Both the position numbers and the translations under genes were made by a program. From positions 26,163 to 90,162 of IMG/VR virus record IMGVR_UViG_3300035670_000105: DNA of 64,000 nt; one strand, given 5' to 3'. This document shows, piece after piece, positions 56,176 to 64,000 of the stretch (positions within the stretch are counted from its first letter, which is position 1; each line of letters begins with the position of its first letter). The notes below the pieces were generated by a model. It worked only from the letters and a program-made list of their open reading frames with translations, ran no database searches and had not been told where the DNA came from. Origin of the DNA: a virus.

Positions 56176-57564
56176 CTACGCCGGAGGGTATGGCGGTTGC
56201 TCGGGGCTGCTGGATTGCAGCTGCATCGCCGCGGCCACCAGCGCAGCGCTGCCACCGAGGCCCGCCATCCACGGCCAGGCCTGACCGGCGAAACGGCGGG
56301 CATCATCGAAAAAACTGAGCTGCTCCGCCACTGGCACCTTCGCCGTTGCAGAGGTGGTGGCCTGGGGGCGCTCCTGCTGGATCCAATCGCTCAGGGCGTT
56401 GAGGTGGATGAACTCCTCCTCGGGCTTGTAGTAGCCAATCCGCTTGCCCTCTAGCCCCAACAGGGCTGCGCGCCACTGGGGATCGGCAGCCTTCTCGCGG
56501 ATCAGCTCACCGAATTTCTCCGTGGCCTGCTGACGGGTGTAGCGCCCGCCAGCATCATCGGCGACATAGGGGTTGCCCAGCCAGCCCGGCTCGCCTGGCG
56601 CCTTGACGGTGGCCATCGTCTGGCCGTTCTGGCGCATGCCCAGAACATCGAACTTGCCGCGATTGGAGACGACCTGAAACGCCCGCTGAGCGCCAGGTAG
56701 CACTGTTGCGTCGGCCGCAGGCGAGGCCTGGCGTGCCGTCAGCAGCTCGGTGAGAACCACGGCCGGGTTCTGCGTTGTCCTGGCCCGGGGATGCACCAGC
56801 CTGGCGCCAGCGGATGCCTGCGCCAGCTCATCCATCAGGGCGGGATTCTCCTGGGCGAAACGGCTGTAGAGATCCCGATAGACCCCCTCGTAGTCGAAGC
56901 CCTGAACCTTCGCCGGCCGCCCCTTGCCCTGCTTCCAGGAGGGGTAGCCCTTGGCCTGCTGGTAGGCCTCTTCAATGGTGCGGCCATCACTGAGCCGGGC
57001 CACCAGTGGGCTGAACTGCCGCCCAATGGGATGGGATGCCGTCGAGTCGATGAGAAAGGTGGCATCACCAGCGGCCGCGGCCTTCTGCGCCGCCAGTAGC
57101 TGGATGGCATCGAGGCTGCCGCCACGCGCATCCCACACCGGCAGCCCCTGCTCCTGGGCCACCTTGACCATGTGATCGGTGCCGCGTCCGCCGGGCATCA
57201 CCAGCACGGCATCGGCGTTCTGCGCCATCAGCGCATTGCGAGCAAAGCCGGCATTGGCGTTGTAGGGCCGTCCCTGGCGGTTCGTGCGAACGACCGCACC
57301 GGGGGCGCCGATGTCGTCCCAGGCGGCGGGATAGCGCTGGATGGGCACGCCGGCAGCTTTCGCCCATTGTTCCCCGAGGGCATCGGCGCCGCGGGCACCG
57401 CCGCTGACGATCTGCAGCGGCCCGTAAGGGTGGGCCTCATCGAGCTGCTGCAGTAGCTCAGCCGGGCCGTAGTCCTGCAGGGAGCGCTGCAGGGCCTGAT
57501 CCAGGAAAGCCGGATCCTGGAAGTCCCGGCCGCCGGCAACGACCAAGCGAAAGGGCCGGCTCAT
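56176..57564 (-). CDS. Multidomain SLOG (YspA/DUF2493-like) + NADAR-like + DUF4326-like protein
   Basis: VVAGGRDF, VSGGARGAD, AGFARN, PGGRGT; FSPLVARLSDGRTIEEAYQ; GWLGNPY...LEGKRIG. Confidence 0.7.
   Translation of the reverse strand: MSRPFRLVVAGGRDFQDPAFLDQALQRSLQDYGPAELLQQLDEAHPYGPLQIVSGGARGADALGEQWAKAAGVPIQRYPAAWDDIGAPGAVVRTNRQGRPYNANAGFARNALMAQNADAVLVMPGGRGTDHMVKVAQEQGLPVWDARGGSLDAIQLLAAQKAAAAGDATFLIDSTASHPIGRQFSPLVARLSDGRTIEEAYQQAKGYPSWKQGKGRPAKVQGFDYEGVYRDLYSRFAQENPALMDELAQASAGARLVHPRARTTQNPAVVLTELLTARQASPAADATVLPGAQRAFQVVSNRGKFDVLGMRQNGQTMATVKAPGEPGWLGNPYVADDAGGRYTRQQATEKFGELIREKAADPQWRAALLGLEGKRIGYYKPEEEFIHLNALSDWIQQERPQATTSATAKVPVAEQLSFFDDARRFAGQAWPWMAGLGGSAALVAAAMQLQSSSPEQPPYPPA
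56184..56192 (-). promoter_or_regulatory. CATACCCTC promoter motif
   Basis: 20 nt before the portal GTG. Confidence 0.7.
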
Positions 57565-58496
57565 CAGGACCGCCCCGCCAGCTGCGCTTCCAGTTCACGG
57601 ATCTTGCGATCCTTGGGCGTCTCCAGCCCCAGCTGGTTGGCGGCGAGCATGCCGACACCCACGCCACCGATGATGCCCACCTCGTCACCGATGAAGCGCC
57701 CCACGGCCCGACCTACGTGCTCACCGGTGATGGGTGCGGCGTCGTTGTCGGCAACGGCACGCAGCAGTTCTGGCGTCACCAGCGGCATCTTCTGCACGGC
57801 TGTGGTGTCGCCAAGGCGATCCGCCAGGCGATGCAAGCCCTCGGGCATCGACGCATTGGCGCGGTTGACCAGATCTGCTTCCAGGCCCGCCAAGGCATCG
57901 AGATCAATCCCTGACTGCTGCAACAACTGCTGGCGCAGGGCGGGGTTGTTGATGGCCTGGCGCAGGGTGGCGCTGTCGGCCGCCAGGGCAGCGTCAAGCT
58001 GCTTGCGGATTGCTGGTGGTGCGTTGCTGATGGCATCGGCAAAGCCATTGGCCTGGCGCAACCCCATCAGCTGATCCATCACGGCCTGAGGCACTTCGCC
58101 ATCGCGCACCATCTGAGTGGCCTGGCGGTTCACCAGATAGTCCGCCACCTGGGAACGCAGCATCTTGCCGCTCTCCTCCAGCGCCTTGCCGATCGTCTCC
58201 TGACCGCCGATGCGACCGATGGTGGCCGCCAGCCCAGCCTGATCCTCCAGTGGTGCGCCCTTTCGATACCGCCCGCCAAGCCAGGCACCGACGCGCCGGC
58301 CCGCCATCCCCATGCCGATACCACCCAGGATGGCGCTGGCTGTTGTCAGGGCAGCGGCGCCGGGATGGGCGTCACCCTGCATGGCGATGGGCACACCTGC
58401 CATCAAGCCGCCGAGGGTGCCCTCCAGCACTTCTTCTCCGAAGGGGGTTTGCGCCCAGGCAATGAGCCGATCCGCCGCAAACGGTGATCCAGCCAT
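57564..58496 (-). CDS. Gly-rich membrane-like virion protein, paralog A
   Basis: EVLEG, GRRVGAWLGG, ITGEHVGRAVGRFIGDEV. Confidence 0.65.
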   Translation of the reverse strand: MAGSPFAADRLIAWAQTPFGEEVLEGTLGGLMAGVPIAMQGDAHPGAAALTTASAILGGIGMGMAGRRVGAWLGGRYRKGAPLEDQAGLAATIGRIGGQETIGKALEESGKMLRSQVADYLVNRQATQMVRDGEVPQAVMDQLMGLRQANGFADAISNAPPAIRKQLDAALAADSATLRQAINNPALRQQLLQQSGIDLDALAGLEADLVNRANASMPEGLHRLADRLGDTTAVQKMPLVTPELLRAVADNDAAPITGEHVGRAVGRFIGDEVGIIGGVGVGMLAANQLGLETPKDRKIRELEAQLAGRS

Positions 58497-58518
58497 CCAT
58501 CCCACCCGCCGTCACCGG

Positions 58519-58527
58519 GAGGGTATG
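58519..58527 (-). promoter_or_regulatory. CATACCCTC promoter motif
   Basis: 22 nt before ATG 58496. Confidence 0.7.
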
Positions 58528-58530
58528 GCC

Positions 58531-59547
58531 TCAGCCCTTGCCATAGCGCTTGCGGATCCCCTTAACGCCTTCCTCCCCGAGCACTGTGTATTTCGCCAGC
58601 AATTCACTGCTGTCATTGCCAAGGGTGCCATCCTCGGCGGCGCGGATCACTCCTACCGAGTCCATCAGTCCGCCGCCCAGGCCAGAGCTGACCAAGCCGA
58701 ACGCCGCCCCGGGAATCACACCAAGGGCTACCTCGCCCATGGTGGGCTGGGGCGCTGGATCGGGTGTTGCATCCATGGCCTGCGCCAGGGCGAGAGCACC
58801 AATGGCGCCGCCAACACCAAACACCTCGTCGCCCACGGCACGGCCCAAGGCGCGGCCGTACTCCCGTCCGGTGATCACCGGCGCAGGGGTTGTGCCCATC
58901 ATGTCGCTGATGGGATCCATCAAGTCCTCGCGGCCCATCACCCGGCCCAGGTTGCTACCGAAGCTGCCCTCCTTGAGCTGAGCGGGATGCAGTCTGCCGC
59001 CAATCTCGGCGCCAATCCGCCGCGCTGCAGCACCGCCCAGGGTGGCTGCGGCGATACCCCCCAGGAGGGCGGCGGCGCGTTCGTTGCCATCCTGATTCGG
59101 CATCAGAGCCACTGGTAAGGCGATGCCGCCGCCAACCAGCAGGCCTTCCAGGACATCTTCACGGACGAACTCAGGAATCTGCTTGTAGCGCTCCATTAGC
59201 TCCTCCATGAAGGGGCGCGAGCCGGCAAACACCATGCCCTTGACGGATGGGGCCGGCAGATCAGCAACGGTGGCAGCGTCATTGGCGGCGAGCACCGCCG
59301 CGGGGAGGGCCTCATTGGCGGTGGGAGCAGGGGCGGCGTCAGCAACGGTGTCAGCGCCGTACTCATCGGCGTACATCCGCCGCAATGATTCCACCTGTTC
59401 GCGGGCGAAATCCTCCGCCGTGGGCAGCGCATCCGACGCCAGCTCACCGGATTGAACCCGGGCCCGCATCTCCTCGTACTTTGCGGGAGCGTCCTGCAGG
59501 ATTTTCGCCTTGCCGGCCTCAAACCGCGCCCGCGCTGCAGCGTTCAT
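58531..59547 (-). CDS. Gly-rich membrane-like virion protein, paralog B
   Basis: DVLEG, ARRIGAEIGG, ITGREYGRALGRAVGDEV. Confidence 0.65.
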   Translation of the reverse strand: MNAAARARFEAGKAKILQDAPAKYEEMRARVQSGELASDALPTAEDFAREQVESLRRMYADEYGADTVADAAPAPTANEALPAAVLAANDAATVADLPAPSVKGMVFAGSRPFMEELMERYKQIPEFVREDVLEGLLVGGGIALPVALMPNQDGNERAAALLGGIAAATLGGAAARRIGAEIGGRLHPAQLKEGSFGSNLGRVMGREDLMDPISDMMGTTPAPVITGREYGRALGRAVGDEVFGVGGAIGALALAQAMDATPDPAPQPTMGEVALGVIPGAAFGLVSSGLGGGLMDSVGVIRAAEDGTLGNDSSELLAKYTVLGEEGVKGIRKRYGKG

Positions 59548-59569
59548 CCAACCCACCTGCCGTCACCGG

Positions 59570-59578
59570 GAGGGTATG
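59570..59578 (-). promoter_or_regulatory. CATACCCTC promoter motif
   Basis: 22 nt before ATG 59547. Confidence 0.7.
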
Positions 59579-59588
59579 GCCGCAACAT

Positions 59589-59870
59589 CTACCGCACCCA
59601 TCCCATCTGCCGGGCGTGATCCAGGGTGCCATCACCCACGGGCCTTGCGTTGACGGTACGGGTGAAGATGCCGACTTTCGGGATGGCCTTCAGACCCAGA
59701 TCCACGGCACCCATCCAGGCCGGCCGCGGCGGTAACTGAGGCTTGCTGATCGAGCCACCGATCGAGCCGCCAATCACCCCGGGTTGCTGCATCAAATCAC
59801 GGAGACTCGATCCACCCTGGCCAAAGCGGCGAACCATCTCCTGATCGATCATCCCCTGGAGTGGATCCAT
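59589..59870 (-). CDS. Small hypothetical protein
   Basis: Promoter motif 23 nt upstream. Confidence 0.55.
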   Translation of the reverse strand: MDPLQGMIDQEMVRRFGQGGSSLRDLMQQPGVIGGSIGGSISKPQLPPRPAWMGAVDLGLKAIPKVGIFTRTVNARPVGDGTLDHARQMGWVR

Positions 59871-59893
59871 CCCTGTGCGCTGGCGCTGAAAGC

Positions 59894-59902
59894 GAGGGTA
59901 TG
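59894..59902 (-). promoter_or_regulatory. CATACCCTC promoter motif
   Basis: 23 nt before ATG 59870. Confidence 0.7.
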
Positions 59903-59905
59903 ACC

Positions 59906-61453
59906 TCAGCCGTCTTCATCCCGCCATTCACCCCAGCTGGGCTGGAGCCGGCCCACACCAACCAGGGCCCGCACCATCAGCACAAAGGCATCGACGCAGT
60001 CGTCGTGCTCGCCGGCGCCGAAGTTCATCATCTCCTGCCAGAACGGCTCCCAGTTGAGGAAGCGATTCCAGAGCACGCGGCCGGTCTGGAACAACCCGAA
60101 GGTGCCGCGGAAGCGGGTGAGCTTGTCACCGCGGTAGCCGGTGACGGCCTTGAGGACGATGTTGTGCAGGCCGCGTTCATCCAGCAGGATCTTGCGGGCA
60201 TCGGCCTGCATCGACTGCTGGTAACTGATCGCTTCAATGTTGATCGTGACGGGGACATCGGTGGGGAACCACTGATCAGCGTGCTCGCCATCGCCCTCGA
60301 CGATCACGCCCCAGTCAGCCAGGAGCGCGCAGAGTTCATCGAGCTTCTCCAGGTTGCCCATCGAGCGGATGCGGCGATAGTCGATCACCTCAACGCGATC
60401 GCCGATGATTCCGCCCAGCACCATCACGGTGAAGTCGTTGCGCTCCTTGAGGCCGGAGGAGAGATCGATGCCGACCGCCAGGGCGTCATAGGACTCGATC
60501 AGCTCACCGCTCTTGAGCCAATCAGCCGGGAAGTCCACCTCGCTGCGGGAGACGGGCAGGTTCTGGAACTGGAAGGAGAAGCTGATGGCATCCTCCGAGC
60601 GCAACCGGCGGAGGTGTTCCAGGGAGTAGAAGTCCGGCCAGTAGCTCTCCTCCAGGCCGTCGTCCCGGGTGACGATGGCCTGCTGGGTGACGACGCGCCA
60701 GCCGTTCTTCTCGTTGAAGGTGGTGGCGAAGATGTCCACCGTGGAGAAGCGTGTGCCCAGGGCGATGGTGCGCCCGCCTTCTAACAACGTGGGCTGCACC
60801 ACCTCCTGCCAGTTCGTGATCAACTTGCGGCGGATCTCCGGGTTCTGGATCGACTCGGAGGATTTGACCACGTCGTCAAGCACGATCAGCTGCGAGCGGC
60901 GGGAGGTGATGGAACCCGAGAGGCCTTGAGCGCAAACCGAGAACGGATCCTCACCGCTGTAGTCCACCTCGGCAAAGTCGTAGTCGATGCTCCACAACTC
61001 ATCCGACTGCCTGGTCTTGGACAGGCGCACCATCGGGAAGACCTCCTGGAACTCCTTGCCATTGATGATGGCCTTGATCGTGTGAGAGCGAGAACGAGCG
61101 ATGTCCAGGGAGTAACCCAAGTAGAGCACCCGCAGCATCTTCCCGGCCTGGGCGTGGATGCCGATCAACCAGGCAACCAGCAGGCCAAGAGTGGTGCTCT
61201 TACTGGAGCCCCTGGGAGCGAGGATGGCGGTGTTCGGGCCACCACAGCGCAGGAGCTGGCTGCTGTCGTTGTCTGTGATGAACTCGCGGTGCCAAACCCG
61301 GTGGTGCTCAGCCGGTGGCTTGCCGAGGTGGCAACAGAACGCCGAGAAGTCACTGCGAGCACAGCGCACTTCGACTGGCACCTCAAACTCGACGCGCTCT
61401 ACCCCGGACGCCAACGCCTTGGCGCGATGCAGGTGGGCCAGCGCCAGCTCCAT
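59906..61453 (-). CDS. terL: Terminase large subunit
   Basis: APRGSSKST, LIVLDD, LGTRF, GIDLS...DFT, HDDCVDA. Confidence 0.93.
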   Translation of the reverse strand: MELALAHLHRAKALASGVERVEFEVPVEVRCARSDFSAFCCHLGKPPAEHHRVWHREFITDNDSSQLLRCGGPNTAILAPRGSSKSTTLGLLVAWLIGIHAQAGKMLRVLYLGYSLDIARSRSHTIKAIINGKEFQEVFPMVRLSKTRQSDELWSIDYDFAEVDYSGEDPFSVCAQGLSGSITSRRSQLIVLDDVVKSSESIQNPEIRRKLITNWQEVVQPTLLEGGRTIALGTRFSTVDIFATTFNEKNGWRVVTQQAIVTRDDGLEESYWPDFYSLEHLRRLRSEDAISFSFQFQNLPVSRSEVDFPADWLKSGELIESYDALAVGIDLSSGLKERNDFTVMVLGGIIGDRVEVIDYRRIRSMGNLEKLDELCALLADWGVIVEGDGEHADQWFPTDVPVTINIEAISYQQSMQADARKILLDERGLHNIVLKAVTGYRGDKLTRFRGTFGLFQTGRVLWNRFLNWEPFWQEMMNFGAGEHDDCVDAFVLMVRALVGVGRLQPSWGEWRDEDG

Positions 61454-62163
61454 CAGCCCTGCCCCTCGGGCGACACGGGTGGGAACTTCTTGGCCTTGTG
61501 CAGCTCCCAGGCCCGCTTGTAGGGAATGTCCGCCCGCTCAGCCGCCTCGGCCAGGGACATCGTCTCTCCCCCGTGGAAGACCCAGAGCGTGGTGCGACGG
61601 TTGCGCGCTTGCGTCTTGGGAAGCACCCAGGCCACATTGCCGGGCTCGTAATTCCCGTTGTTGTCCAGTCGCTCCAGGGTGTGACGAGGACTGGGGCGTG
61701 GGCCGACATCTTCAATGAAGGCCCCGAAGTCATCACGCCAGACCCGCCACACCTCGATCCCCCTGCCGCCGTACTCGGGGTAGTCCTTGCACGACTTCAG
61801 GTAGCAGCGGCGGCGCATCGCCAGCCAAACGCGATGCTCCGGGGTTCCGCTCCTGCCGTGCTCCACCTGACGCTTTCCCGTCTCCGCCGCGGCCTCGCGC
61901 TGCAGGCAGCCACAGCTCTTACTCCTCCCCGCCTTCAACTCAGACAGCAACTTGACCCGCCGCGTCTTGGCTGGGCAGTCGCACTCCACCAGAACAGCAC
62001 TGTGGAGCGACCAACCACGGCGCATCTTCCGATCCGTCACGCGAACGGGCTCGGCTTGCTCCACAACTACCCAGCGTCCGAACCGCGCTCCCACTTCAAC
62101 CGAGCTGCGCGACCTGGCGACAGGCTTCTCGGGTAGCTCGACAAAAATGGAACGGCTCAACAC
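61453..62163 (-). CDS. Free-standing HNH homing endonuclease
   Basis: RFGRWVV, CDC, SCGC, YGGRGI, TLERLDNNGNYEPGN. Confidence 0.88.
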   Translation of the reverse strand: MLSRSIFVELPEKPVARSRSSVEVGARFGRWVVVEQAEPVRVTDRKMRRGWSLHSAVLVECDCPAKTRRVKLLSELKAGRSKSCGCLQREAAAETGKRQVEHGRSGTPEHRVWLAMRRRCYLKSCKDYPEYGGRGIEVWRVWRDDFGAFIEDVGPRPSPRHTLERLDNNGNYEPGNVAWVLPKTQARNRRTTLWVFHGGETMSLAEAAERADIPYKRAWELHKAKKFPPVSPEGQG

Positions 62164-62249
62164 TTTTTGTCTGGCGGCGTTGTGGCCGGAGGGTAGGGGT
62201 GAAGGGCCTCGCCTGCGCGAGGGAATTTCATCAGAAAAATTTCCAGGGC

Positions 62250-62777
62250 CTACTTGCCCTGATGCTTGGACTCGATGTCCGCCCAGGCTGATTCCAACGT
62301 CGCTTCAATGGCCGGCCAGACCTGCGCATCGCGGCCGAAGACCTTGCGCAGCAGCTTGCTGGCGATCTCCACACCGGCCAGCAGAAGACTGCGGCGATCG
62401 TGGGTGCCGACATCCTTGCCGACCTGCTCGATGTGCCCGCGCAGTTCCTTGGAGAGGTAGGAGATCTTGGTGGCCGCATCACCAGCACGGAGGCGGCCTT
62501 CTTCCACCTGGCGGCGCAGCTCGGCGATGTCCCCGTGCAGGGCCATGATCTCCGTCTCCAGCAGGGCGCGGTGATCGAGCTTCTTCCAACGGGAGAGGAC
62601 AAATGCTTCCCATTCATCCACCGAGGCATCACAGCCCAGGAGTGCGGCGTAGAGGTAGGAGAGGACGGCGGAGCGCTCAGCAGCGGCGTACTGGAGGACA
62701 GCTGAGCGGCGGCGCTCATCGACACGCATCAGCCAGGCTTCCACCGGCTGTTCATGTTGAACGAGCAATTCACTCAT
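62250..62777 (-). CDS. Helical protein, candidate terminase small subunit
   Basis: Position upstream of terL; size 175 aa. Confidence 0.4.
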   Translation of the reverse strand: MSELLVQHEQPVEAWLMRVDERRRSAVLQYAAAERSAVLSYLYAALLGCDASVDEWEAFVLSRWKKLDHRALLETEIMALHGDIAELRRQVEEGRLRAGDAATKISYLSKELRGHIEQVGKDVGTHDRRSLLLAGVEIASKLLRKVFGRDAQVWPAIEATLESAWADIESKHQGK

Positions 62778-62801
62778 CAGGCAACAGCTGTTGCACTGAG
62801 A

Positions 62802-64000
62802 TTAGGCCCGGCGTGACATCCGTGTCGCCAAACCTGCAGCGTGTTCGCGTTCATCACGCACGGAATAGCGCCCCTCCTCCGCCTGGGTGCGGATGTTGCG
62901 GCGCGACTGCTCACCTTCTGTCTCAATCGTTCGGCGGGATTCTTCGCCCTGCTTGCCGATGTTGAGACGCGCCTCGCTGCCCGTCAGGCCAATCTGCCGC
63001 TCCTGGCTGGCAAGGTTCATGCCAGTGCGCGTGGTTTCGCCGGCATCCTGCAGCCGCACGCCAGAGAGTCCCCAGCTGCCGCTGATGTTGGCGACATCGC
63101 GGGCCGTATTGCCCTCGGTTTCTGCAATCCCCAGCTGAGTGCGGCCCTGAATACCAGCCACATCCCGTGCGGTGCTGCCTTCTTCGCGGGCGACATCCCG
63201 AGCCGCGCCGGCTTGCGTGGTGGCGACATTTTCAGCACCGGCACGCTGTTGCTCGCTGACGTACTGCTCAGCAAAGGCCTGGGCGCGGGCTGCATCCAGG
63301 CCGCGATCTGCGCCATACCGCTGAGCGCCGGCTTGCGTGGAGGCGACATCTCGCGCCGCCCCAGCTTCTGTTGTGGCGACGCCCAGTGCTGCGAGACGCT
63401 GCTGATCTGCGCCATACCGCTGCGCGCCAGCCTGGGTGGAGGCGACATCCCGAGCAGCGCCAGCCTGGGTGGAGGCGACATCCCGAGCAGCGCCGGCTTC
63501 TGTTGTGGCGACGCCCAGCGCTGCAAGACGCTGCTGATCTGCGCCATACCGCTGAGCACCGGCCTGGGTGGAGGCGACATTTTCAGCGCCGGCCCGCTGC
63601 TGCTGGGCGCCATACATGTCGGCACCGGCCTGAGTGCCAGCGACGTTTTCCGCCGCGGCCCGCTGCTGCTTGGCGACATCAATCGCGCCGGTGTTCTGCA
63701 GGTACTGGAGGCTGCGATCCTGTTCGCCTTGGGCGGCGATGTTGGCGCGGGACTGGGCGCCCTCAGCGGAGAGGTAGTCCTTGGAGAGAGCGTTGGCTGT
63801 CTGCAGGCCTTCGATTTTGAACTTCTGCTCGCCGGCCATCAGATCCAGCGTGTTGCGCCGATCGAGATCAGCGCTGAGCTGCATCAGGCCTTTCTCGTCA
63901 TTGGTGGCCGCGGCCGAGAGGGCGCGGGTGAGTTCGTAGTTGAGGCCCTTCTCGGCGGTGGACATCATGAAGGCGTCCTTCATGGCGCCCCAGTCCTGGT
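62802..64000 (-). CDS. Repeat-rich Ala/Gln/Gly protein (5' partial), candidate internal virion protein
   Basis: Frame open to the window edge; 11-aa-based repeats. Confidence 0.65.
   Translation of the reverse strand, partial: QDWGAMKDAFMMSTAEKGLNYELTRALSAAATNDEKGLMQLSADLDRRNTLDLMAGEQKFKIEGLQTANALSKDYLSAEGAQSRANIAAQGEQDRSLQYLQNTGAIDVAKQQRAAAENVAGTQAGADMYGAQQQRAGAENVASTQAGAQRYGADQQRLAALGVATTEAGAARDVASTQAGAARDVASTQAGAQRYGADQQRLAALGVATTEAGAARDVASTQAGAQRYGADRGLDAARAQAFAEQYVSEQQRAGAENVATTQAGAARDVAREEGSTARDVAGIQGRTQLGIAETEGNTARDVANISGSWGLSGVRLQDAGETTRTGMNLASQERQIGLTGSEARLNIGKQGEESRRTIETEGEQSRRNIRTQAEEGRYSVRDEREHAAGLATRMSRRA
63190..63660 (-). repeat. Coding tandem repeats (AGAARDVASTQ / AGAQRYGADQQ / RLAALGVATTE)
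   Basis: 33-nt-period near-identical DNA units. Confidence 0.85.

Larger units (their letters stand above)
1..64000. mobile_element. Temperate tailed phage genome segment (probable cyanophage), non-integrated form
   Basis: Terminase, portal, capsid, fibres, lysins, integrase, primase-helicase; no host housekeeping genes; attP intact with phage genes on both sides. Confidence 0.93.

Noticed and set aside
61453-62250. Group I intron around the HNH next to terL
   Set aside because: I found no P/Q/R/S elements there and terL appears complete; the HNH is free-standing

Overview
The whole window is a GC-rich tailed-phage genome segment, most likely a temperate cyanophage of a Cyanobium/Synechococcus-type host (cyanobacterial-type sigma factor, DUF3288-like protein and cyanobacterial-type tyrosine integrase; host is inferred). 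The tRNA-Met-derived attP is intact with phage genes on both sides, so this is the excised or virion form rather than an integrated prophage. From left to right: NUMOD4-HNH, HTH repressor-like gene, primase-helicase, SSB, a degenerate DNA methyltransferase, dCTP deaminase, dNMP kinase, a sigma70, an array of short modular genes built from shared repeats (15.1-18.8 kb), integrase/attP, and then a long minus-strand block with lysin, fibres, virion proteins, capsid, scaffold-like protein, portal and terminase. Highlights: (1) the major capsid gene is split by two related group I introns, with a 12-nt first coding exon; (2) the second intron carries a LAGLIDADG endonuclease on the antisense strand; (3) a catalytically dead-looking LAGLIDADG gene sits divergently beside the capsid gene; (4) a CATACCCTC motif lies 20-29 nt upstream of more than 20 individual genes, suggesting gene-by-gene promoters for the phage sigma factor; (5) primase-helicase and SSB share an 18-aa motif; (6) portal and scaffold-like genes overlap by about 500 nt. 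All family calls come from motif recognition by eye; no database searches were run.
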